From NCBI GenBank assembly GCA_012269545.1, contig JAAXKB010000008.1:12348-76347 (forward strand): DNA of 64,000 bases, in the 5' to 3' direction. This DNA comes from Gammaproteobacteria bacterium (GTDB taxonomy: Bacteria > Pseudomonadota > Gammaproteobacteria > Pseudomonadales > Azotimanducaceae). The notes below the pieces were generated by a model. The model did no database searches. It had not been told where the DNA came from and worked only from the letters and a program-made list of their open reading frames with translations. Below, piece after piece: positions 9,277 through 17,829 of the stretch. Every line of letters starts with the position of its first letter. The stretch's first letter is position 1. The position numbers and the translations under genes are program-made.

Positions 9277-10587
9277 ATGAGCGAAGCCATAGACACAGCA
9301 ACAGTCCCGGAGTTTGTTCGTCCGGGTTCTGAGCAAGATCAAAACAAAGGTCCGATTCCTGCCGCCGCCGATGTGCCGCTAGAGGACATTAACCCCGTCT
9401 GGAACCGCCTGTTTGCCGAGAATCGTATGCTCGATTATTTTGAGCGCCTGCGCCGCGAGGATCCGGTTCACTTCAACGAATCTGAGGTGGCTGGCCGCTA
9501 TTGGTCCTTAACCCGCTACGAGGAAATTAAGGCGGTCGATACGGATCACAAGAATTTTTCCAGCGCCCACGGCATTACGCTGGGCTTCCCCATTGATCAG
9601 CCTCTGCCCGAAGGTGCATTAGACGTCAGCATGTTCATCGCGATGGATCAGCCAAAGCACGACGTGCAGCGTAAAACCGTCTCGCCAGTGGTCTCGACTC
9701 GCAACTTGGCGGGCATGGAAGCGCTGATCAGAGAGCGTACCTGTGAAGTGTTGGACTCGCTTCCTGAGGGCGAAACCTTTGACTGGGTGGATACCGTTTC
9801 AATTGAGCTGACCACGCGGATGCTTGCCACGCTGTTTGATTTTCCTTACGAAGACCGAGCCAAGCTCACGCGATGGTCTGATGTAGCGACAGCAGTGCCG
9901 GGGGGCGGTGTGATCGACACTGAAGAGCAACGCCGGGCGGAACTGATTGAATGCTTGGTCTGCTTTACCGAGATCTGGGAAGACCGCAAAAAGAATCCCA
10001 CAGGCGACCTCGTTTCGATGCTGGCCCACGGCGAAGAAACCAAGGATATGGAGCCCATGGAGTTCCTCGGCAATCTCATTTTGCTGATTGTTGGCGGTAA
10101 CGATACAACGCGTAACTCCATGTCCGGTGGTGTGTTGGCGCTCAACCAGTATCCGTCAGAATTTGAAAAGCTGAAGAACGATCACTCGCTGATTCCAAAT
10201 ATGGTGGCCGAAGTCATTCGCTGGCAAACGCCTCTGGCCTACATGCGTCGCACGGCGAACAACGATTGCGTTATCGGCGGCAAGCAAATTAAGGCCGGCG
10301 ATCAGCTGCTGATGTGGTATCTCTCGGGCAATCGAGATGAAGACGTGTTTGAGCGTGCTGAAGAACTGATTATTGACCGTGAAAATGCGCGCAATCACCT
10401 GTCCTTTGGCTTCGGTATTCATCGCTGCATGGGCAACCGTCTTGCAGAAATGCAGCTGCGGGTGCTCTGGGAAGAGATCTTAAAGCGCTTTGAAAACATC
10501 GAAGTCGTTGGCGAAGTCGAACGGACCTTCTCCTCCTTCGTTAAAGGCTATACCTCACTGCCGGTACGAGTGACGCGCAAGAAGTAG
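9277..10587 (+). CDS. cytochrome P450, CYP153-like (alkane / terminal-methyl hydroxylase type)
   Basis: Heme-thiolate loop HLSFGFGIHRCMGNRLAEMQL, I-helix LLIVGGNDTTRNSMSGG, and FIAMDQPKHDVQRK and IRWQTPLAYMRR blocks, all characteristic of CYP153 enzymes. GGAGA RBS. Confidence 0.9.
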   Translation: MSEAIDTATVPEFVRPGSEQDQNKGPIPAAADVPLEDINPVWNRLFAENRMLDYFERLRREDPVHFNESEVAGRYWSLTRYEEIKAVDTDHKNFSSAHGITLGFPIDQPLPEGALDVSMFIAMDQPKHDVQRKTVSPVVSTRNLAGMEALIRERTCEVLDSLPEGETFDWVDTVSIELTTRMLATLFDFPYEDRAKLTRWSDVATAVPGGGVIDTEEQRRAELIECLVCFTEIWEDRKKNPTGDLVSMLAHGEETKDMEPMEFLGNLILLIVGGNDTTRNSMSGGVLALNQYPSEFEKLKNDHSLIPNMVAEVIRWQTPLAYMRRTANNDCVIGGKQIKAGDQLLMWYLSGNRDEDVFERAEELIIDRENARNHLSFGFGIHRCMGNRLAEMQLRVLWEEILKRFENIEVVGEVERTFSSFVKGYTSLPVRVTRKK

Positions 10588-10676
10588 TTTGCTTAAACGT
10601 ACAGGCTACCAATCACAGCGGCTCAGTCGCAGTGTCGGGTGACTGAATAAGTCCCCAAAGGTTGGCTCTCTAGGTC

Positions 10677-10706
10677 AAAAACGCGCAAGGTCTCTTGCGC
10701 GTTTTT
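10677..10706 (+). terminator. rho-independent terminator
   Basis: AAAAACGCGCAAG-GTCT-CTTGCGCGTTTTT: perfect 13-bp stem with a T-run, 90 nt after the P450 stop. Confidence 0.8.
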
Positions 10707-10771
10707 GATTGCGAGCTCTGTATTTGTCTTTGGTCTACGCTGACAACATTTCACATCTCTGAGGGACCGTT

Positions 10772-12943
10772 TTGCTGTATCCGCACCCCTTTCTTGTCGC
10801 CTTCGTACTGCTGGTGAGCCTTCTCAGCGGCCCAGCTGCAGCGCAGCCGACGCTGCAGGCCCACTCTTTGCAAAAGCCTCCTGCACTTGATGGTCTCGTG
10901 CTGAACGATCCCTCTTGGCGGAGCATTGAGCCCGGCACGAATTTTCAGCAGGTTCAGCCGAATGAGGGCATGCCGGCATCGGCGCGCACCGAGGTCAGGG
11001 TCGGATACTCTGGCGACACGCTGTATGTGGCTGTCGTCTGCTACGACGATGATCCTGCCAGCCTGATTGTCGCCGATAGCCGTCGAGACGCGGATTTGTC
11101 TGATCTCGACAGCTTCCAGATCATCATTGACGGCTTTCAGGATCGTCAAAACGGTTTTGTTTTCGGTACGACTCCGGCGGCAGGCGAATATGACGGTCAG
11201 GTTAACAAGGGCGGCGGCGGCGGCTTCGGTTCCTCTGGTTTTAATTTGAATTGGGATGCACCCTGGGAGGTGCAGACCCATATTGGAGATTTTGGCTGGA
11301 GTGCCGAATTCGCCATACCCTTCAAATCTCTGCGCTATCGCGGTCAGGGCGAGCAAAACTGGGGGATTAACTTTCAGCGAAATATCGCGCGGTTAGACGA
11401 GGTGTCTTACTGGGCGCCGCTGGAGCGGCAATTTAATCTTTACCGGCTGACCGAAGCGGGGACGTTGATGAACGTGTCGCCACCCAGTCAGCGTTCGCTC
11501 AAAGTCACGCCCTATGTGTTGGGGGCTTTTGACCGCGGTGGTAACGCAGAACCGGGCACTCACAGCGATATGGACGTGGGGTTCGATGCCAAACTGGCTT
11601 TAACGCCAAGCTTGATGCTGGATGTGACCTACAACACGGATTTTGCCCAGGTCGAAGTCGATGAGGTTCAGGTCAATCTCGATCGTTTCAGTATTTTTCT
11701 GCCCGAGAAGAGACCATTCTTTTTGGAAAATGCCGGCCAATTTTCCATAAGCGACCCCGGCGATGTGGAGCTGTTTTTCAGTCGTCGCATCGGCCTCGAC
11801 TCTGACGGCGCGCCCCAGCCAATCGATGCGGGCGTGAGGCTGTCGGGTAAAGTAGGTAACGCGACCAACGTGGGCGCCATGCACATGCGGACCGGTGATT
11901 CAGACGGCGGAATTGCCGGCGTTGACTTCAGCTTGCTGCGACTGAGCCAAGAGTTCGAAAATCGTTCGTCGCTGGGTGTGCTCTTTGTCGACAAATCGTC
12001 GGAACTCAGTGCGCAAGACAATCAAACCTATGCAATCGATGGTCGTCTTGGCTTGGGTGATAAGTGGACGTTAGCCGGGTATGTGGCGCAAACCGATACG
12101 CCCGGGCTATCCGGCGACGACCGGGCCATGCGTGTGCGGGCGGATTACAACGTGCCGAGTCTTGATGCGTATTTGGCTTATTCCAAGGTTGGCGACAACT
12201 TTAATCCTGAGGTCGGTTTTCTGCGGCGCAAAAATTACGAAAAAATTTCAACGATGATCTGGCATCGCAAGCGCATGGATGATCGATGGGGGCTGTTCGA
12301 GTTAAGACCGCATGTCTTTTTCAGGGGTTATCAGGATGACGAGGGCTTTTATGAGTCCGGCTTTTTGCATATCGACAACCACTGGGAATGGACCAATGGG
12401 TTTGAGGTGCACACCGGCTTAAACTTTACCCGAGAGGGGGTTAAGGAGCCGTTTGAAATCGTTGAAGGAACGTTTGTTCCTGTGGGTGAGTACGACCACA
12501 AAGAATCGCAAATTGTGGTGATGACCAATCCGCGTAGGGCCTTGAGCGCCTCCGTGACATCGCGGATCGGCGGCTTTTATGGCGGCGACCGAGTGTCTAC
12601 CGAGTTGCAGGCAAATTATCGGCTGGCTGAAGCTTTCACCAGTGAGTTGAGCTGGATAAATAACGATATCGAGCTACCGGTTGCTAATGGCAAATTCGAA
12701 GTGAACGTCGCACGATTGCGGATGTCTTATTCGTTCAGCCCCAAGGTGTTGCTGCAGGCTCTGGTGCAATACGATGACCGCAGCGATGCTACCGCCATGA
12801 ACCTGAGGTTTTCTTGGCTGCAAACGGCTAACTCCGGGTTGTACCTTGTTTATAACGAACTGGATAACGACGAGTTCATTGGGCCGCTGGAAAAGCGCCG
12901 GGAAATTGCCATCAAGTATTCGAGAATTCTTGATGTGCTTTGA
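10772..12943 (+). CDS. DUF5916-type secreted/outer-membrane protein with N-terminal CBM9-like domain
   Basis: Signal peptide (LLVSLLSGPAAAQP). The N-terminal segment (PPALDGLVLNDPSWRS...DTLYVAVVCYDDDP) resembles carbohydrate-binding family 9. The long remainder is rich in beta-strands and aromatic residues. TTG start as given by the ORF track. Confidence 0.7.
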   Translation: MLYPHPFLVAFVLLVSLLSGPAAAQPTLQAHSLQKPPALDGLVLNDPSWRSIEPGTNFQQVQPNEGMPASARTEVRVGYSGDTLYVAVVCYDDDPASLIVADSRRDADLSDLDSFQIIIDGFQDRQNGFVFGTTPAAGEYDGQVNKGGGGGFGSSGFNLNWDAPWEVQTHIGDFGWSAEFAIPFKSLRYRGQGEQNWGINFQRNIARLDEVSYWAPLERQFNLYRLTEAGTLMNVSPPSQRSLKVTPYVLGAFDRGGNAEPGTHSDMDVGFDAKLALTPSLMLDVTYNTDFAQVEVDEVQVNLDRFSIFLPEKRPFFLENAGQFSISDPGDVELFFSRRIGLDSDGAPQPIDAGVRLSGKVGNATNVGAMHMRTGDSDGGIAGVDFSLLRLSQEFENRSSLGVLFVDKSSELSAQDNQTYAIDGRLGLGDKWTLAGYVAQTDTPGLSGDDRAMRVRADYNVPSLDAYLAYSKVGDNFNPEVGFLRRKNYEKISTMIWHRKRMDDRWGLFELRPHVFFRGYQDDEGFYESGFLHIDNHWEWTNGFEVHTGLNFTREGVKEPFEIVEGTFVPVGEYDHKESQIVVMTNPRRALSASVTSRIGGFYGGDRVSTELQANYRLAEAFTSELSWINNDIELPVANGKFEVNVARLRMSYSFSPKVLLQALVQYDDRSDATAMNLRFSWLQTANSGLYLVYNELDNDEFIGPLEKRREIAIKYSRILDVL

Positions 12944-12951
12944 ACTCGAGT

Positions 12952-13311
12952 TTACTCCTCAAAGCAAACGATGACGGCGGCATTTGCCATAACGATGGCA
13001 TCGCCCAAGGGCGTTTCTTGGGTGAAGCCGCGGTCAGCTGGAACATCCAAACCGCCGACCACGCATTCAACGGTAACACTTCCGTAGGGTAGCTCTGCTG
13101 CAACGGTTTGTGTATCAACCTGATCCGGCTGAGCCACGCCAATACGGACGGTGATTTTCATGTCGTTTGGCGATTTGCCGAGGGCTCGGAAGAAATTCAG
13201 GCTGGAGTGCCGGATAGCGTCAGAAACTGCGCGCTTCGCAGCCTTGGTGTAGTCGCGCCCATGTACATCAGCACCCATGCCCATTTCGGTTACGTAACGA
13301 TTCAATGCCAC
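12952..13311 (-). CDS. Lin0512-family conserved protein of unknown function
   Basis: ORF 12952..13431. The core EMGMGADVHGRDYTKAAKRAVSDAI matches my recollection of the Lin0512 family (about 115-120 aa). Start moved to GTG 13311, which lies 7 nt after a perfect AGGAGG. Confidence 0.7.
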   Translation of the reverse strand: MALNRYVTEMGMGADVHGRDYTKAAKRAVSDAIRHSSLNFFRALGKSPNDMKITVRIGVAQPDQVDTQTVAAELPYGSVTVECVVGGLDVPADRGFTQETPLGDAIVMANAAVIVCFEE

Positions 13312-13515
13312 AATCGCAGCCTCCTGAATTATGCTTGTGACAACACTACCGGAATATTGTCGTAAGCAGCGGGAGTTGCAACAGCATTTGGATATTGCTC
13401 GTAAGGAACTATGGCGAGGAATGACCGTCATCTATTATAAATTGACAGGAAAACGACAAAAGGCGGTTCAACATCCGCGGCGCTGCAATTGTGCTGAAGA
13501 AAGAGAGAGGCTGGA

Positions 13516-14397
13516 GTGAATCACGAGTTACAAATATTGGATGGCAGCATGGGTGCCGAGTTGATCAAGCGGGGGCTAACACCGCGAACAGGGCTTTGGT
13601 CAGCGCGGGCATTACTGGATGAACCCGAGGGAGTCATTCAGGTGCATACCGATTACATCGAAGCCGGTGCGTCGGTAATTACCACCAATTCTTACTCCAC
13701 AATTCCCAGCTATTTGGCAAAGGCTGGCATGGCGGAGAGTTATCAAGACCTGACCGTCGTTGCAGCCAAACTCGCTCGGCAAGCCGCGGATGCTGCGGCC
13801 GCAAGCGTGCGAGTTGCCGGTTGTTTACCGCCGCTTGATGAAAGCTATCGACACGATCTGGTGCCCGAAGACGAGCCATCTCAGGCTGTGTATCGAGAGT
13901 TGGTGAAGGTCTTGGCTCCCCATGTCGACTTGTACCTGTGTGAGACGATGTCCTGCGTTCGTGAGGCAGTAAACGCATCGTCCGCCGCGCGCGCTGTGGA
14001 TCCGAATAAACCCCTGTGGGTCGCCTGGACGCTACATGAAACACCCCACAAGGGGTTGCGCAGCGAAGAATCCTTGGCTGATGCCCTTGCCGCAGTGCAG
14101 CCATTTCAGCCGGACGCCTACCTGTTCAATTGCACCTCGCCTGCTGCGATCAGTGCTGCAGTGCAGACACTTGCCGGGCTGACCGATAAACCGATTGGCG
14201 CGTACCCAAACAGTTATCACGTGCCCGAAGGTTGGACTTTGGACAACCATAAAGCGGTTGAGTCGCGGGACATGACTGCAGATGAATTCGTCGCATTCGC
14301 TCGAGATTGGCGAAAAAATGGCGCTTCGATCCTTGGCGGATGCTGTGGTATCGGGCCGTCGCTAATAGACGCCATGGCGAAGGACCTAGGCACGTAA
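13516..14397 (+). CDS. homocysteine S-methyltransferase family protein
   Basis: Pfam S-methyl_trans-like sequence: ILDGSMGAEL, ITTNSY, and the C-terminal zinc-binding GGCCGIGP. Confidence 0.85.
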   Translation: MNHELQILDGSMGAELIKRGLTPRTGLWSARALLDEPEGVIQVHTDYIEAGASVITTNSYSTIPSYLAKAGMAESYQDLTVVAAKLARQAADAAAASVRVAGCLPPLDESYRHDLVPEDEPSQAVYRELVKVLAPHVDLYLCETMSCVREAVNASSAARAVDPNKPLWVAWTLHETPHKGLRSEESLADALAAVQPFQPDAYLFNCTSPAAISAAVQTLAGLTDKPIGAYPNSYHVPEGWTLDNHKAVESRDMTADEFVAFARDWRKNGASILGGCCGIGPSLIDAMAKDLGT

Positions 14398-14443
14398 TCC
14401 AATCAGTCGGCTTGCTTCAGGCCGCGTACTAACAGGGGGATAC

Positions 14444-15445
14444 ATGGAAAACCAACAGGTTCTAATAGACCGTCTGCCAACGGGTAAGCTGCGCGCGGAG
14501 GACTACAAGCTCGTCGATTCACCGATGCCAGTTGCGGGTCCGAATCAGGTGCTGATCAAAACGCTGGCGTTCGCCATTACGGCGGGAACGCGCGCAGGCT
14601 TACAGGGCAGTGCCAGTTACGCCGGTGCGCCTGCGGCCGGTCGGGTCATGAACGGCACCGGTGTCGGTGAGGTGGTGGCTTCCAACACGCCGTCGGTAGC
14701 CGTTGGCGACCGTGTGATTGCTGCCACCGGGTGGCAGCAGTTCGTCGCCATGGACGTTGAGCATGTCACGGTGATTGACCCCAGTCATGATCCAATACAT
14801 TACCTCGGACCAATGGGCGTCAACGGCTTAACCGCGTACTTTGGACTGTTTGATGTGGGCAACCCGGAGCCAGGCAATACGGTCATGGTGTCGGCGGCTG
14901 CGGGTTCCGTTGGTCATATGGTCGGTCAGATGGCAAAAATCCACGACTGTCAGGTGGTCGGTGTTTGCGGCAGCGATGATAAAGGTCGCTTGCTTGTGGA
15001 TCGATTGGGTTTTGATCGAACCGTTAATTATAAAGACGCGAACTATCGGCAGAGCTTGAAAGAAGCGACCCCTGATGGCGTAGACGTCTATTTTGACAAT
15101 ACCGGCGGCATGATTTTGGGTTCCGCTTTGTTTCGTATGAACGTGGGCGGCCGTATTGCATGCTGCGGCGTGGTGTCACAGTACGATACCGATACTCCGG
15201 AACCCGGTCCCAAGGGTGTGCCCGGTCTGTTGGTGAATAACCGACTTACCATGCGCGGCTTTTTGCTTTTTGATTACGCCGAACGTTACGCCGAGGCGAG
15301 GAATGCGATTTATGGCTGGCTGACCTCAGGTCAATTAACCAGCCTGCAAGATGAGGTAGTGGGCTTAGACGCAGCGCCTGAGGGCTTTGTTGACCTGTTG
15401 TCGGGCGGCAACGTGGGCACCCGAATCGTGCGGCTTGATCAATAG
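14444..15445 (+). CDS. NADP-dependent oxidoreductase, medium-chain dehydrogenase/reductase family (alkenal/enone reductase-like)
   Basis: MDR fold with cofactor motif VSAAAGSVGHMVGQMAK. Overall resemblance to YncB / prostaglandin-reductase-like enzymes. Confidence 0.85.
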   Translation: MENQQVLIDRLPTGKLRAEDYKLVDSPMPVAGPNQVLIKTLAFAITAGTRAGLQGSASYAGAPAAGRVMNGTGVGEVVASNTPSVAVGDRVIAATGWQQFVAMDVEHVTVIDPSHDPIHYLGPMGVNGLTAYFGLFDVGNPEPGNTVMVSAAAGSVGHMVGQMAKIHDCQVVGVCGSDDKGRLLVDRLGFDRTVNYKDANYRQSLKEATPDGVDVYFDNTGGMILGSALFRMNVGGRIACCGVVSQYDTDTPEPGPKGVPGLLVNNRLTMRGFLLFDYAERYAEARNAIYGWLTSGQLTSLQDEVVGLDAAPEGFVDLLSGGNVGTRIVRLDQ

Positions 15446-15447
15446 CA

Positions 15448-16920
15448 GTGAGTCCCGGCTTGAGCCTGATTGATCTCGGCGTCATTGGGACGGTGATGCT
15501 CGGTGTAACGTGGGCCGGCCACCGGCTCAGCGGAAGGATCACCGATCGCCAAGGTTTCTTTCAGGCTGGCGGCACAATGCCTTGGTGGGCGGTATCCGCA
15601 AGCATCATTGCGACGGTGGTCAGCGCAGTCACTTTTGTCTCCGTACCTGCTGCCGTTTTTGCGCCGGGGGGAAATCTAACCTACGTTCAGGTCGTTATAG
15701 GCCTAGCTCTGGGAAAGGTGTTGGTGGCTAGACTGCTGGCGCGACCGTTCTACCAAAGCCAAAATCTTGCCACCAGTTATGAATACATTGGTGCTCGAAT
15801 TGACGCACCAACGGGCACGCTGTCGATGGCATTGGGCTTGTTACTCAACACCATCAATTCCGGAGTCAAACTGCTGACCGCGAGCTTGGTTTTGGATGTG
15901 ATCAGCGGCTGGGGTTTGGCTGGGTGCGCGTTATTTATTGTCAGCATCAGTGCGCTGTGGGGCGCTTTAGCTGGCATTAAAACCGTCATCTGGACCGATT
16001 TCCTGCTGTTTCTGCTGTTCGCCTCGGGTGCAATTTTTGCGCTGTTGTATACGCTGGGAGAGATCACCAAACCCCTGCCTGAGATCGTCCTGTGGCTGGA
16101 TCAGCAGGCCAAGCTGGTTTTGTTTGATTTTGATACCGACGTCAGCAAAAGCGGCACCATTTGGGCCGGCGTTCTCGGTGCCATATGTTTGAGTATCGCC
16201 CAAGGCAGTACTCAAGGGACGTGGCAGCGAGTAAAGGCCTGCCGCTCAGTGGATGAAGCGTGTAAAGCCTTCGACTTTGCTGCCTTGTTCTATGTGGTGC
16301 ATTTGTTGATTCTCGGCGTGGGCCTAGCTCTCGTCGCGTTTTATGGGGAACGCGGTATTTCAGAGAGTTTGAGTGCCGAGTTGGCCGACGCACCAGATCG
16401 AATTTTCCCCCATTTTATCGGCACCGAATTGCCGGTTGGCGTTTCCGGTTTGTTTATTGCGGCGATATTTGCTGCAGCGATATCAACGTTGGATTCGGCG
16501 CTGGCAGAAGGCTCCGATCTGACCGTAAATCATCTTTACGCGCCCGTACGTAAGGGTCGTACGGAACAACACTATCTTTTGATATCGCGGCTCTTTATGG
16601 TCGCCTGGGCGCTTATCTTTTTTGCGTTGGCTTTGTTCTTTTCGCGCTACTCGGCTCAAGGATTGTTGCAACTCACGTTCAAGCTCCCCAATTATATCTA
16701 TGGGGCGATATTCGCCAGCATCCTGCTGGCTCGATTTGGTATCGGTTCGCTGCGTTTGATTTTGTCGGGTGTTGTTCTGGCCAGTGCAATCGTGGCCTAT
16801 CTGGCGACAACTGGTGTTGCCTTTTTTTACTGGTGCCCCATTTCTGGTGGGGCCATGTTCGCCTTTGTCTGGGCGCTGGATCGACGGCCTTTGGATTGGT
16901 CGGGAGTAGCCGAGCGTTGA
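15448..16920 (+). CDS. sodium:solute symporter (SSS) family transporter
   Basis: 490-aa polytopic membrane protein with an SSS-type N-terminus (FFQAGGTMPWWAVSASIIATVVSAVTFVSVPA). GTG start 2 nt after the upstream stop. Confidence 0.8.
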   Translation: MSPGLSLIDLGVIGTVMLGVTWAGHRLSGRITDRQGFFQAGGTMPWWAVSASIIATVVSAVTFVSVPAAVFAPGGNLTYVQVVIGLALGKVLVARLLARPFYQSQNLATSYEYIGARIDAPTGTLSMALGLLLNTINSGVKLLTASLVLDVISGWGLAGCALFIVSISALWGALAGIKTVIWTDFLLFLLFASGAIFALLYTLGEITKPLPEIVLWLDQQAKLVLFDFDTDVSKSGTIWAGVLGAICLSIAQGSTQGTWQRVKACRSVDEACKAFDFAALFYVVHLLILGVGLALVAFYGERGISESLSAELADAPDRIFPHFIGTELPVGVSGLFIAAIFAAAISTLDSALAEGSDLTVNHLYAPVRKGRTEQHYLLISRLFMVAWALIFFALALFFSRYSAQGLLQLTFKLPNYIYGAIFASILLARFGIGSLRLILSGVVLASAIVAYLATTGVAFFYWCPISGGAMFAFVWALDRRPLDWSGVAER

Positions 16921-16926
16921 GTTGAA

Positions 16927-17730
16927 TCAGCGCAGCAGGCCTGCCCCGGAGACAGGCCCGAACACCGTGCCAGACATATAGGGTTCAGGCGGACGACGGC
17001 GCGAGTCGTGTTGCGGCTCTCGTCTAGTCGTCTGGCGTTCGCGTGCTATCTTTCGTTCGAGCTGCCGATGCTGTTGATACAGAAATTGGTCTGGATGCCG
17101 CAAGTACCCGTGATACCAAAAGGGATTGTGTCTGTTGGAATGTCCCCAAGAGCGATAATGGTGATGATGCCTGTGACGCATTGGATGTCGATGACTGTGT
17201 CGATCCCAATACACAACGTAGGTTGAGGAAGCTCGTGTGGGCCAAGGGTCTCGGTAGCGGTATGAAGTGGGCCTGCTGCGATACACCACGCGAGGTTTCG
17301 CTCGCTCGACGGTCACCGGCTGCGCGAGATCGTCGGGCGTGAGTCGCTGATCCTCAAGCTGCGCCCACACATGGGACTCATCGTCGGTGAGCACTTGTCC
17401 CAGCTCGCTAACCCAGACCAAGTCCCTGCTCAGTTGCTGTAGTACGCTCGGATACTGCATCAGAGCCAAAATGGCGCGGTCGAATACGGGTTTGCCCTGT
17501 ACGCTGTTGGGGTCATTTAAGTACCGTGCCGCTAAGGCAATTTGCTCTGGGTGCTCAGTGGCGTCGAAGATGACTTGCACAATGTCGTCCGGATAGTGGA
17601 TGAGCGGGTCAACCAACGCCGCTAGGAGTGCTGGTTCTTCAGCATTGCGTAGCGCGAGGGGCTCCTGAGCGTAAGCTGTAGCGGAGAATGCCAGAGCTCC
17701 CAAGGTTCCGATTAGTCTAAATCTAAGCAT
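16927..17730 (-). CDS. DUF3300 domain-containing secreted protein with His/Arg-rich C-terminal tail
   Basis: Signal peptide MLRFRLIGTLGALAFSATAYAQE. Two DUF3300-like repeats (LVDPLIHYPDDIV..., ALMQYPSVLQQLSRDLVWVSELG). Tail HSHRHPMRHRHHHHYRSWGHSNRHNPFWYHGYLRHP. Confidence 0.65.
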   Translation of the reverse strand: MLRFRLIGTLGALAFSATAYAQEPLALRNAEEPALLAALVDPLIHYPDDIVQVIFDATEHPEQIALAARYLNDPNSVQGKPVFDRAILALMQYPSVLQQLSRDLVWVSELGQVLTDDESHVWAQLEDQRLTPDDLAQPVTVERAKPRVVYRSRPTSYRYRDPWPTRASSTYVVYWDRHSHRHPMRHRHHHHYRSWGHSNRHNPFWYHGYLRHPDQFLYQQHRQLERKIARERQTTRREPQHDSRRRPPEPYMSGTVFGPVSGAGLLR

Positions 17731-17829
17731 AAGAAACTCCTGTGATACCGCCTTGTGCTCAAGGTGTCCAAGTCATAGTGCCGTTATCAAACTGAACCGC
17801 CGCTGAACCACGGGATCATAGGAAAATGC

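Noticed and set aside
11207-11226. GGC triplet repeat (also GGC/GGT repeat at about 52958..52978) as possible phase-variable simple sequence repeats
   Set aside because: The repeats are short (4-7 units) and in-frame, encoding poly-Gly, so length changes would not switch the genes off. No evidence of contingency-locus behaviour.
10751-11356. 201-aa minus-strand ORF
   Set aside because: It is fully antisense to the well-supported DUF5916 gene. Its Arg/Ala-rich composition is typical of shadow ORFs in GC-rich DNA.
13432-13515. Possible SAM/SAH-type riboswitch upstream of the homocysteine S-methyltransferase
   Set aside because: I could not match the sequence to any SAM-I/II/V or SAH riboswitch consensus by eye. 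The leader is short. A covariance-model scan would be needed.
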